Assembly (NCBI GenBank): GCA_031459625.1
Contig: JAVKIH010000001.1
Coordinates: forward strand, 108,316-172,315
DNA length: 64,000 nucleotides
Source: Candidatus Geohabitans tengchongensis
Lineage (GTDB): Bacteria > Sysuimicrobiota > Sysuimicrobiia > Sysuimicrobiales > Humicultoraceae
Direction: 5' to 3'
The translations under genes were made by a program, and so were the position numbers. Each line of letters starts with the position of its first letter. Position 1 is the stretch's first letter. Below, piece by piece: positions 27,425 through 36,655 of this stretch. The notes beneath the pieces were generated by a model that saw nothing but the letters and a program-made list of their open reading frames with translations, had not been told where the DNA came from and did no database searches.

Positions 27425-27601
27425 GCGGATCGGGGACGGCACCTGGGCCCGGCCGGCGGGACCGCCGGACGGGACTCGGGGTCCGTCAGGTAACGGCTGA
27501 CGGCGGCGGGGGTAGTCCGGGGGGGCCCGCAGGCGGGAGGCGGGTCCCGCGGACGCCCCCGCCGCTGCGCCCGGCGCCGGTGATGGGGTGAAGGGGCAGC
27601 G

Positions 27602-28639
27602 ATGGGGTACGTGGAGACGCACGACCTGCACAAGCACTTCGGCGAGGTGCGCGCCGTCGACGGCGTGAACCTCGATGTCGCCGAGGGGGAACTCCTGGTC
27701 CTGCTGGGCCCGTCGGGGTGCGGCAAGACCACTCTCATGCGCATGATCGCCGGCCTGGAGACGCCGACCTCCGGCCGGATCGTCATCGGCGGGGAGGAGG
27801 TGGACGAGGACGTCCCGCCGCGCGCCCGCGGCGTGGCCATGGTCTTCCAGAGCTACGCCCTCTACCCGCACAAGACGGCCTTCGGCAACATCGCCTTCCC
27901 GCTGGAGGCGCTGGGGCTGGCCCAGGCGCAGATCGCCGAGAAGGTGGACGCCGGCGCCCGCATGTTCGGCATCGGCCACCTGTTGCGGCGCCTGCCTCGC
28001 CAGCTCTCCGGCGGGGAGCGGCAGCGCGTGGCGCTGGCCCGGGCGGTCGTGCGGGACCCGCGGGTCTTCCTCTTCGACGAGCCGCTGAGCAACCTGGACG
28101 CCCAGCTGCGGGCCATCGCCCGCTACGAGCTGAAGGAATTCCAGCGGCAGATCGGCACGACGACCATCTACGTCACCCACGACCAGGTGGAGGCGATGGG
28201 GCTGGGCGACCGCATCGCCGTGATGGATCGCGGGAAGGTGCGCCAGATCGGCACGCCCCAGGAGGTCTACGACTACCCGGCGGACACCTTCGTCGCCACC
28301 TTCCTGGGCTCGCCCCCCATGAACCTGGTGGAGCACGACAGCGAGACGCTGCTGGGCTTCCGCCCGGAGCACTTCCTCCCCCGGGAGGTCTTTCCTTCGG
28401 AGGAGCCGGTGGTGACCTTCCACCTGCGCGTGCGCCAGATCGAGCACCTGGGCGCCGACCGCCTCCTCTACGGGACGCTGGAGGAGCAGGCGCGCCGGGA
28501 CCAGACGGTGATCGCCGCCCTGCCGGTGACGATCCGCACCCCCATCCAGGAGGGGGAGGTGTACCGCTTCGCCGTGCCGCAGCGGGCGCTGCGCACCTTC
28601 GACCGTGCTACCGGCCGCGCCCGCGACGGCGCCCGCTGA
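27602..28639 (+). CDS. Carbohydrate ABC transporter ATPase (MalK-like)
   Basis: GPSGCGKT, FQSYALYPH, LSGGERQR, DEPLSNLD, YVTHDQ. Confidence 0.95.
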   Translation: MGYVETHDLHKHFGEVRAVDGVNLDVAEGELLVLLGPSGCGKTTLMRMIAGLETPTSGRIVIGGEEVDEDVPPRARGVAMVFQSYALYPHKTAFGNIAFPLEALGLAQAQIAEKVDAGARMFGIGHLLRRLPRQLSGGERQRVALARAVVRDPRVFLFDEPLSNLDAQLRAIARYELKEFQRQIGTTTIYVTHDQVEAMGLGDRIAVMDRGKVRQIGTPQEVYDYPADTFVATFLGSPPMNLVEHDSETLLGFRPEHFLPREVFPSEEPVVTFHLRVRQIEHLGADRLLYGTLEEQARRDQTVIAALPVTIRTPIQEGEVYRFAVPQRALRTFDRATGRARDGAR

Positions 28640-28642
28640 CCC

Positions 28643-29590
28643 ATGGCGTTGCGCCGCCAGGCCGGGGAAGCCGCGCTGGCCCCGCCGCGGGTCGTCGCGC
28701 CGCGGCGCACCCTGGCCGACCGGGAGGACCTGCTGGCGCGGATCATGCTCACGCCGGCCCTCCTCTACGTCCTCCTCCTGGTGGGGCTGCCCTTCGTGCT
28801 GGCCATCCTGCTGAGCTTCAGCGCCGCCACGGCCGGCAGCCTGGACTTCACCTGGGTGGGGCTGCGCAACTTCGCCCGCTTGCTGCCCGACCCGCAGTTC
28901 CGCCTGGCGCTGCGCAACACGTTCCTCTTCACCGCCGTCTCCCAGGCCATCGTCATCCTGCTGGCGGTGGTGGCGGCGAACGTCCTCGACGCCGCCTTCA
29001 TCGGCCGCCGGGCGGTGCGCTTCCTCCTGCTGCTGCCGTGGGCGGTGCCGGTCTCGCTGGCGGCCATGGCCTGGACCTGGATCTTCGACTCCACCTTCAG
29101 CGTGGTGAACTGGACGCTCAAGGTCCTGGGGCTGCTGCAGGGGTGGCTCTACTGGTTCGGCGACCCCACCCTGGCGATGATCGCCATCATCACGGTGCAC
29201 GTCTGGCGGATGTTCCCCTTCGCCACGGTGATCGTGCTCGCGGGGATGACCGCGCTGCCCCAGGAGATCCGGGAGGCGGCCGTGGTGGACGGGGCCGGCT
29301 TCTTCCGCCGGCTCTTCCAGGTGCAGCTGCCCCTGCTGCTGCCCATCGTCACCGTCTCGGTGCTCTTCGGAGTGGTCTTCACCGCCACCGACCTGGGCGT
29401 GGTCTGGCTGCTCACGCGCGGCGGCCCCTACAACAGCACCCACGTGCTGGCCACGCTGGCCTTCCAGCGGGGGATCCTAGCGGCCGACCTGGGCCAGGGG
29501 GCGGCCATCGCCCTCTTCCTGCTGCCGGTGCTGGTGGTGGTGGCCTGGGTGATGCTGCGGACGGCGCGGCGGACCGAGGTGGGCGGATGA
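28643..29590 (+). CDS. Carbohydrate ABC transporter permease
   Basis: VGLRNF, EAAVVDGA loop, TM helices. Confidence 0.93.
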   Translation: MALRRQAGEAALAPPRVVAPRRTLADREDLLARIMLTPALLYVLLLVGLPFVLAILLSFSAATAGSLDFTWVGLRNFARLLPDPQFRLALRNTFLFTAVSQAIVILLAVVAANVLDAAFIGRRAVRFLLLLPWAVPVSLAAMAWTWIFDSTFSVVNWTLKVLGLLQGWLYWFGDPTLAMIAIITVHVWRMFPFATVIVLAGMTALPQEIREAAVVDGAGFFRRLFQVQLPLLLPIVTVSVLFGVVFTATDLGVVWLLTRGGPYNSTHVLATLAFQRGILAADLGQGAAIALFLLPVLVVVAWVMLRTARRTEVGG

Positions 29591-30534
29591 GGCGCTGGCA
29601 GTCGCGTGACGCCCGCGCCGCGTCAGTGGCCACGCTGCGGGGGACGGGACGGCCAGCCGGGGTTGCCCCGCGCCGGCGGCGGCGGGCCGTCCGTGCCCTC
29701 AAGCGCACCGCCCTCTACCTGGCGGCGCTGGCCTTCACCCTCTTCGCGGTCTTCCCCTTCTACTGGATGTTCCTCACCGCCTTCAAGACCAACCGCGACC
29801 TCTACGTGGGGGCCACCAACCTGCAGCACATCCCCTGGATCTTCAACGAGCCGCCCACCCTGCAGCACGTGCGCCTCCTCTTCCTGGAGACCCAGTACCT
29901 GGTGTGGGTGCGCAACACGGTCCTGGTCGGGGCGCTGGTCGTGCTCATCACCCTGCTGGTGGCGGTGCCGGCGGGGTACGCCCTGGCGCGCCTGGCCGGG
30001 CGCTGGGGCGAGCGGCTGGGCATCGCCATCTTCCTCACCTACCTCATCCCGCCCACGCTGCTCTTCATCCCCTTCGCCCGGGTCATCGCCATGCTCCACC
30101 TGCAGAACACCCTGTGGGCGCTGGTGCTCATCTACCCCACCTTCACCATCCCCTTCTGCACCTGGCTGCTCATGGGGTTCTTCCGCGCCATCCCGCGGGA
30201 CATCGAGGAGCAGGGGATGATCGACGGCTACAGCCGGCTGGCGGTGATCCGCCGGGTGATGTTCCCGCTGGCCGTCTCCGGGATCCTCACCGCGGCCATG
30301 TTCGCCTTCACCCTGGTGATGCAGGAGTTCGTCTACGCGCTGACCTTCATCAGCGCGGTGGGGCGGATGACCGTCAGCCTGGGGGTGCCGGTGGCGCTGG
30401 TGCGGGGGGACGTCTTCTACTGGGGCTCGCTGATGGCGGCGGCGCTCATCACCAGCATCCCCATCGCCATCGTCTACAACCTCTTCATCGACCGCTTCAT
30501 CCAGGGCCTCACGGCCGGCGCGGTGAAGGGCTGA
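29587..30534 (+). CDS. Carbohydrate ABC transporter permease
   Basis: PFYWM, AGYALAR, IPRDIEEQGMIDG, GLTAGAVKG; ATGA overlap. Confidence 0.93.
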   Translation: MRRWQSRDARAASVATLRGTGRPAGVAPRRRRRAVRALKRTALYLAALAFTLFAVFPFYWMFLTAFKTNRDLYVGATNLQHIPWIFNEPPTLQHVRLLFLETQYLVWVRNTVLVGALVVLITLLVAVPAGYALARLAGRWGERLGIAIFLTYLIPPTLLFIPFARVIAMLHLQNTLWALVLIYPTFTIPFCTWLLMGFFRAIPRDIEEQGMIDGYSRLAVIRRVMFPLAVSGILTAAMFAFTLVMQEFVYALTFISAVGRMTVSLGVPVALVRGDVFYWGSLMAAALITSIPIAIVYNLFIDRFIQGLTAGAVKG

Positions 30535-30612
30535 TCCGCCGGCCCGCCGGCGCCGCCGGGCGCCATCCGCCCGCCCGGCCCGGCGTCCGCCCACGCGGAC
30601 GGGGCCTCCCGG

Positions 30613-31860
30613 TCACTCGTACAGGAGGTAGCGGCTCCGCAGCGCCTCGAACCGGCGCAGCGCCGGTTGCCAGCGCGCCACGATGGCCTCCGCGGGCAGC
30701 CCGCGCGTGAGGTCCACCCGCACCTGCTTGGTCCCCCAGACCACGTCGAAGAGGGCCCGGCCGCGGCGGGGCAGCCGGAAGCGCAGCTGCCCCGGGTGGA
30801 GGTCGCGGATCTCCGCCAGCACGTAGACGGTCGTGGTGGCCGGGCGGAAGGCGGCGCGGTCCGTCACGTGCAGCCGCACTCCGCGCCACACCCGTCCCGT
30901 GCGCGGGTGGGGGACGGCAGAGGGGGAGAAGCGCACCCCCGGCAGCCCGCGGCGGTTGAGGCGGGCGGCCAGGCGCTCGCCGTCCATCCAGGGCGCCAGC
31001 ACCACCTGGAAGCGCGAGGTGGTGGCCACCCCGTTCCACAGGTTCGTCCCGTCGAGCGGGCCGGTGGCGGCGTAGTAGAAGGGGGCGTCGGCGTGGGTGA
31101 GGCCCGGGGAGGGGTTCACCCAGGGCAGCCCCGTCTCGGTCCAGGGCATGCTCCGGCTCCACCCCTGCATGGGCACGACGGTGAGCTGGGCGCCGATGCC
31201 GAAGGCGTCGTTGTACAGGCGGGCGAGTTCCCCGAGCGTCATCCCGTGCACCAGCGGGATCGGGTAGAGCCCGATGAAGGAGCGGAAGGCGGGCTCGAGC
31301 ACCGGGCCGTCGACGACGGTGCCGCCGAGCGGGTTGGGCCGGTCGAGGACGACGACGGGCTTGCCGGCCTCGCGGGCGGCCGCCATCACCAGCGCCATCG
31401 TGGAGGCGTAGGTGTACGGGCGCGTACCGGCGTCCTGCAGGTCGACCACGAGGACGTCCACGCGCGCCAGCATCTGCCGCGTCGGCCGGAAGGCGCCGCC
31501 GTAGAGGCTGTACACCGGCGTCCGCGAGGGGAGGATCGCCCCCGGTGCGCCGCCGATGTGGGTGCTGGCCACGGGGACGCCCGCGCCCGCACTGCCGTCG
31601 AACCCGTGCTCGGGGGCGAAGAGCGCGGTGAGGCGCACCCCGGGCGTGCGGGCCAGCGCCGCCGCGGTGAGGTCGCCCGCGGCGGTCGTGCCGGCCAGGT
31701 GGGTGACCAGGCCGACGCGCTTGCCAGCGAGCGGTGCCGGGTCGGTGAGCAGGGTGTCGGCCCCGAGACGGACCTCGGGGCGGAGGTCCGACCCGCCGGC
31801 CCACAGCGCCGGGCCCCACGACCAGAGGACCAGGAGGACGACGACCGCGACGAGACGCAA
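30613..31860 (-). CDS. namZ: Exo-beta-N-acetylmuramidase NamZ (DUF1343)
   Basis: LFAPEHG, YSLYG, DLQDAGTRPYTY, DRPNPLGG, HGMTLGELA, WVNPSP; signal peptide from TTG 31860 with GGAG RBS. Confidence 0.85.
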   Translation of the reverse strand: MRLVAVVVLLVLWSWGPALWAGGSDLRPEVRLGADTLLTDPAPLAGKRVGLVTHLAGTTAAGDLTAAALARTPGVRLTALFAPEHGFDGSAGAGVPVASTHIGGAPGAILPSRTPVYSLYGGAFRPTRQMLARVDVLVVDLQDAGTRPYTYASTMALVMAAAREAGKPVVVLDRPNPLGGTVVDGPVLEPAFRSFIGLYPIPLVHGMTLGELARLYNDAFGIGAQLTVVPMQGWSRSMPWTETGLPWVNPSPGLTHADAPFYYAATGPLDGTNLWNGVATTSRFQVVLAPWMDGERLAARLNRRGLPGVRFSPSAVPHPRTGRVWRGVRLHVTDRAAFRPATTTVYVLAEIRDLHPGQLRFRLPRRGRALFDVVWGTKQVRVDLTRGLPAEAIVARWQPALRRFEALRSRYLLYE

Positions 31861-32002
31861 GACGCGAGGGCTCCGAGACCGGTCACGCGCCGGACCGTGG
31901 ACCGGTGGCGCGTTGGTCGGTAAGATTCGGTTGATCGCTGACGGGTTCCTGCCCAGGCCCGCCGCCGCGTAGACGTCTCGTGCAGCCCTGAGGAGGTCTC
32001 CT

Positions 32003-32509
32003 GTGGTGACGCTCCCTCCCGAGGCCTTCGAGGCCAACGCGCAGGTGGACCGCCTGCGCCAGGCGGCGTTGGTGGTGCGGCGCGTCGCTGGCGAACTGCG
32101 CTACCACCCCGCCACCGGACTGGCCCGTCGGCCGGAGCCGCCCTTTGAGGAGGCGCTGCGCACGCTGCACGAGGTCCTGGGGGTGGTGCGCCGCCTGGCC
32201 GACCGCTTCGACGCGGAGGAGGCCGCCATCCGCGGTGCCGAGCCGACCGCGCTGGAGGAGGTGCGCGCGGGGCACCAGCGCGTGCGCGAGCTGGCCGGAG
32301 CCCTGGCGGCGGCGCTGCGCGTGCTGGAGGAGGTGCTGGCCCATCCCGAGCGCGCGCCGCTCGATGCGCCCTACGGGCTGGGGGCGCCGCGCCGTCCCCA
32401 TCCGGGCGCGCAGGCCACCTGGGTGGCGGAGCGCGCGGAGAGCCTGGCCCGGGAGCTGGCGTACGTGACGGCGGTGAAGTCTTCAGCCATTCGCGCAGCG
32501 AATGGCTGA
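32003..32509 (+). CDS. Hypothetical alpha-helical protein
   Basis: AGGAGG RBS, host-like codon bias, TAAGAT -10-like hexamer at 31921. Confidence 0.7.
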   Translation: MVTLPPEAFEANAQVDRLRQAALVVRRVAGELRYHPATGLARRPEPPFEEALRTLHEVLGVVRRLADRFDAEEAAIRGAEPTALEEVRAGHQRVRELAGALAAALRVLEEVLAHPERAPLDAPYGLGAPRRPHPGAQATWVAERAESLARELAYVTAVKSSAIRAANG

Positions 32510-32518
32510 CCGCTTCGT

Positions 32519-33961
32519 CTACCGCGCCGTATACCCCCGGTAGATCGCAAAGCTCCGGCACCGGTAGAGCACCGCCTCCTGTCCCGGGCGCAGCGCGAAC
32601 GGCCCGACCCGCCGGATGTCCCGGCAGTACAGCCGGAGCGCCCGGTTCCACTCCCCGCCGTCCACGTCCACGTAGACTGCGTCCTGGCCGATGAACTCCC
32701 CCGGCCGCCGCAGCAGCGCGTAGTAGTCGTGCAGGGTGGTGACCGGCACCCGGCCCCACAGGCGGTAGGTGAGCTGGCTGGCCGCCTGGTAGCCGTCGAT
32801 GAGGATGAAGGCGGGACGCGGTCCGCTGCGCGCCGCCGCCGCCGCCGCGGCAGCCAGCCCGTCCCACCGACCATTCCCCTCGCGGATGGCCGCCCGGTAC
32901 GGGTCGACCATCAGCACCACCCCGGCGACCGTGAGCGTGGCCACCGTGAGCGCGGCTGTGAGCCCCGCGGCCACCAGGGCCCCGCGCCGCGCCGCCGGCC
33001 GCAGCTGGGGCCAGAGGGCACCGAGGGCGACCGCCGCGCTCAGGTAGGCGGGGGAGGGCCAGTGGGGTTTCGCGCGCGCGGCCAAGGCGCTCACCACCAC
33101 TGCCCCCATGAGCGGCAGCGTCGTCCACGCCAGGTACCGCCAGGCGGGTGCAGCCGCCCGGCGCAGCGCCTGCCCGGCCGCGGCCACGAGCCAGGGGGCG
33201 ATGGGGCCGAAGTAGCCCAGCTGGGAAGCGGCGAAGAGCGCCAGGTTGATGGCGGGCAAGCGCGGGGTGATCCACACCGGCCCGGCCAGCGCGGTGCGCA
33301 CCGTCGGCCAGCCGTGCCCGGCATTCCACACCGCCGCCGGGATGACGAGGCCCGCGGCCGCCGCGACCCCGACGTACCACCAGGGGTCGCGCAGGCTGCG
33401 CCGCCAGGGACCGGTGAGCCAGGCCCCGGCCAGTCCTGCGGCCAGGAGGAGCGCGGTGAGCTTGCTGAGCACCGCCGCGCCCACCGCCGCGCCGGCGGGC
33501 AGCCACCACCAGCCGCCACGCCTCAGGGCATACCAGCCCGTCCACAGCGCCAGGAGCCAGCAGGTGCCCAGCGGCCCGTCGGGGAAGGCGAGGGTGCTCG
33601 CGGTGGCGACGATGGGCAGGATGCTGACGACGACGGCGGCGCGCACGCCGGTGCGGGCGTCGAAGAGCGCCCGGCCCACTCCGAAGGTCAGCACGGGCAG
33701 CGGCGCGCTGAGCACCAGGAAGGGCCAGCGGATCCCGATGGCACCGTCACCGGCCAGCCGCGTGCCCAGCGCCACCAGCACCGCCACCATGGGCGGGTGG
33801 TCCGGGTAGCTCCAGGCCAGCCGGCGGGACCAGACCCAGTAGTAGGCCTCGTCGTCCATCACCGGCAGCAGCGCCGCCATCAGCGCCCGCGCCACCGTGC
33901 CGGCGAGGACCAGGGCGAGGAGGACCGCAAAGGCGCGGCGCGGTAGGGCGGGCGGACTCAG
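32519..33961 (-). CDS. GT39/ArnT-like (GT-C) membrane glycosyltransferase
   Basis: DDEAYYWVWS, YPDHPPM, PDGPL, LSKLT, many TM helices. Start uncertain (CTG 33961 proposed). Confidence 0.85.
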   Translation of the reverse strand: MSPPALPRRAFAVLLALVLAGTVARALMAALLPVMDDEAYYWVWSRRLAWSYPDHPPMVAVLVALGTRLAGDGAIGIRWPFLVLSAPLPVLTFGVGRALFDARTGVRAAVVVSILPIVATASTLAFPDGPLGTCWLLALWTGWYALRRGGWWWLPAGAAVGAAVLSKLTALLLAAGLAGAWLTGPWRRSLRDPWWYVGVAAAAGLVIPAAVWNAGHGWPTVRTALAGPVWITPRLPAINLALFAASQLGYFGPIAPWLVAAAGQALRRAAAPAWRYLAWTTLPLMGAVVVSALAARAKPHWPSPAYLSAAVALGALWPQLRPAARRGALVAAGLTAALTVATLTVAGVVLMVDPYRAAIREGNGRWDGLAAAAAAAARSGPRPAFILIDGYQAASQLTYRLWGRVPVTTLHDYYALLRRPGEFIGQDAVYVDVDGGEWNRALRLYCRDIRRVGPFALRPGQEAVLYRCRSFAIYRGYTAR

Positions 33962-34665
33962 CAGAGCGCTCTCGCCCGCAGGAACACCCCGACCAGCATG
34001 TCCACCGTGAGGCGGCCGGTCTGGGTGTTCTGGCGGCTGGGGTGGTAGGTGTCGAGGAGGGCCAGCGAGCGCGCCCCCCACGGCAGCACCACTTCCGCTC
34101 CGTGGGCGAAGGCGGGGCGCGGGCGCGGCACGGTCACCCCGGCGCTCTGCGCCGCCGCCAGCACCGCGTCGTGGGCCAGTCGCCCCAGTGCCACGACGAC
34201 GCGGAGGTGGGGGAGCGTCACGAGCTCCGTGCCCAGGTAGTCGCGGCAGCGCGCCACCTCCTCCGGGGTGGGACGGTTGTCCGGCGGGGCGCAGCGGACC
34301 GCCGCCGTGAGCCACAGGTCCCGCAGGCGCAGGCCGTCGTCGCGCGCCACCGAGGTGGGCTGCGAGGCGAAGCCCGCGGCGTAGAGCGCGCGCATCAGGG
34401 TCGCCCCGGCGCCGTCCCCCGTGAACATGCGCCCGGTGCGGTTGGCCCCGTGCGCGCCCGGCGCGAGCCCGACCACCAGCACGCGCGCCTGCGGGTCGCC
34501 GAAGCCGGGGACGGGCCGGCCCCAGTAGACCTGGTCGCGGTAGGCGCGCCGCCGGACGCGGGCGACGGCGCGGCAATACGCCCGCAGGCGGGGGCAGCGG
34601 TGACAGCGGACGATGGCCGCCGCCAGCGCCTTCAGCACCGCCGCCGGTCCCACGGCGGCGGCCAC
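33958..34665 (-). CDS. udgB: Family-5 uracil-DNA glycosylase (Fe-S)
   Basis: CHRCPRL, GLAPGAHGANRTGRMFTGD, CAPPDNRP, YHPSRQNTQTG; AAGGAAGG RBS before GTG 34665. Confidence 0.9.
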   Translation of the reverse strand: MAAAVGPAAVLKALAAAIVRCHRCPRLRAYCRAVARVRRRAYRDQVYWGRPVPGFGDPQARVLVVGLAPGAHGANRTGRMFTGDGAGATLMRALYAAGFASQPTSVARDDGLRLRDLWLTAAVRCAPPDNRPTPEEVARCRDYLGTELVTLPHLRVVVALGRLAHDAVLAAAQSAGVTVPRPRPAFAHGAEVVLPWGARSLALLDTYHPSRQNTQTGRLTVDMLVGVFLRARALC

Positions 34666-34676
34666 CCCGGCCTTCC

Positions 34677-34706
34677 TTGACGCTCCGTTCGCCCGCATCC
34701 TACAAT
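34677..34706 (+). promoter_or_regulatory. tRNA-Val promoter
   Basis: TTGACG-N18-TACAAT, 13 nt upstream of the tRNA. Confidence 0.75.
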
Positions 34707-34719
34707 GAGCGTGCGTCGT

Positions 34720-34794
34720 GGGCGGTTAGCTCAGCGGGAGAGCGCATGCTTCACACGCATGAGGTCGCAGGTTCGAGCCCTGCACCGCCCACCA
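34720..34794 (+). tRNA. tRNA-Val (CAC)
   Basis: GGGCGGT/ACCGCCC acceptor, CATGC-TT-CAC-AC-GCATG arm, GGTTCGAGCCC, CCA end. Confidence 0.97.
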
Positions 34795-34845
34795 CCCCGC
34801 ATCTGTCACGCGGTTTCGCATTTTTGCCCCTTCGGTTATTCACAG

Positions 34846-34925
34846 AAAACGGCAGGCGCTCACCCCTTTCACGACACGGTCGAGGCGTTCCTGCTGGCGA
34901 GGCGGGTCGCTGGGTGCACCGAGCC
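34846..34925 (+). pseudogene. Possible tyrosine-integrase N-terminal remnant
   Basis: Translates as ...HPFHDTVEAFLLARRVAGCTE, resembling the first helix of integrase SAM-like domains; directly 3' of tRNA-Val; no start codon or continuation. Confidence 0.45.
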
Positions 34926-35074
34926 GCGCTCGCCGTGCGCTGGCGCTGCTGCGCCCCTTGTCAGGCTGCGCATCGGGTCACCACCCGATCGAGCGGACGG
35001 CCATCAGGTTCTGGAACCGTCCCGACGAAATCGTTACACTAGTGCCATTCATAGGCAGTAAAGGAGGAAGGCCT

Positions 35075-36652
35075 ATGCGCCCAAGGCTCGCCGTTGTCGT
35101 GCTTCTGGCGGCGCTATTCTGGCCCTTCGGGACCGGAGGGTTTGCCGCACCGGCTCGGGACACGTTGGTCTACGTTTCGGACATCAGCGACATGATCTCC
35201 CTGGATCCAGCTGTGGCATACGAGTTCAGCGGGATCCTGGTGGCCCAGAACGTCTATGACACGCTGGTCGCCTTCGAGGGTGAGGATCTCTCCACGCTCA
35301 AACCCCGGCTGGCTACCTCCTGGAGGATCCGCGACGCGGGGAGCGCATGGAAAGTCACTTTCAAACTGCGCCCGGGTGTGCGGTTCAGCACCGGCCGCCC
35401 CCTCACGGCCAGGGCGGTAGCCTTCTCGCTGGACCGCGTCATCGCCCTGAACAAGTCCCCCGCCTTTCTCCTCAAGGATGTCGCCGGGCTGAAGGAAGGA
35501 GACACCAAAGCCATCGGCAACGACACGGTCGAAGTCACCCTGCCCAAGACGGCCAGCCCCCAGGCCTTCCTCTCCATCCTCACCTTCACCGTCGGGGCCG
35601 TCGTCGATCCGGAGGAAGCCCTGGCCCATCAGAGCGGGACCGACCGGGGGGAGGCCTGGCTGCGCAACCACTCTGCGGGCACCGGGCCTTACAGGCTAGA
35701 GCGGTGGGATGCGGAGGCGCGGGCCGTCCTGGTGGCCAACCCCAACTACTGGGGACCCAGGCCCAAAGTCTCGCGTGTCATCATCCAGCACGTCCCGGAG
35801 ACCAGCACGCAGAAGTTCATGGTGGCCTCGGGCGACGCCGACATCGCCGCCAACCTCACCCCGGAGCAGGCCCGGGAGATGGCGGGGGACCAGAATGTGA
35901 AGATCCAGCGTGGCAAGCTGCTGCAGCTCGTCTACATCGGCATGAACGTCAAACACCCGCCGCTGGACAAGGCCCAGGTACGGGAGGCGATCCGCTGGAG
36001 CATCGACTATGACGGGACCGTGCGCAACCTCCTGCGGGGCGAAGCCCGTAAAGTGCAGACCATCATCCCGGAGGGGCTGTTCGGCTTCAACCCGGCCACG
36101 CCGTTCCAGCAGAATCCCGCGCGGGCCAAGGCCCTGCTGAGGGAGGCGGGCCTGGGTGGCGGGTTCACCGTGGAACTCCTCGTGCCCACAGGGCCCGCTC
36201 CTGGCGGAGTGAAGTGGTCAGACATCGCCGCCAAGGTCCAGAGCGACCTGGCCAAGAGCGGGATCACCCTGCAGATCAAGGAGACCGCACAGGCGCAGCT
36301 GCTCAACATCTACCGCGCCCAGAAGGGCCAGATGGTCCTGATCCTCTGGGGGCCGGACTTCCCCGACCCGGACGGCAATGCGACACCCTTTACCGATTTC
36401 GCCGCCAAGTCCATCGCCTGGCGCAACCAGTACGATGACCCGGTGGCGGCCCGGCTCGCCAAGCAGGCGGCCCTGGAGACCAACCGGAGCCGGCGGCTGG
36501 CGCTGTACAAGCAGCTCACCGACAGGGTGCTGCACGAAGGCCCGTACGTCGTCCTCTACCAGCCGACGACCCGGTTTGCGCTGCGGAAAGGCGTGCAGGG
36601 ATTCGTCTGGAACCCGATGGCCTTTGCCGAGTTCCGCACGGTCAGCAAGTAG
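35075..36652 (+). CDS. Peptide/nickel ABC substrate-binding protein (family 5)
   Basis: SLDPA, YDTLV, GTGPYRL, VREAIRWSIDY, WGPDFPDPD; AAGGAGG RBS. Confidence 0.93.
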   Translation: MRPRLAVVVLLAALFWPFGTGGFAAPARDTLVYVSDISDMISLDPAVAYEFSGILVAQNVYDTLVAFEGEDLSTLKPRLATSWRIRDAGSAWKVTFKLRPGVRFSTGRPLTARAVAFSLDRVIALNKSPAFLLKDVAGLKEGDTKAIGNDTVEVTLPKTASPQAFLSILTFTVGAVVDPEEALAHQSGTDRGEAWLRNHSAGTGPYRLERWDAEARAVLVANPNYWGPRPKVSRVIIQHVPETSTQKFMVASGDADIAANLTPEQAREMAGDQNVKIQRGKLLQLVYIGMNVKHPPLDKAQVREAIRWSIDYDGTVRNLLRGEARKVQTIIPEGLFGFNPATPFQQNPARAKALLREAGLGGGFTVELLVPTGPAPGGVKWSDIAAKVQSDLAKSGITLQIKETAQAQLLNIYRAQKGQMVLILWGPDFPDPDGNATPFTDFAAKSIAWRNQYDDPVAARLAKQAALETNRSRRLALYKQLTDRVLHEGPYVVLYQPTTRFALRKGVQGFVWNPMAFAEFRTVSK

Positions 36653-36655
36653 GAT

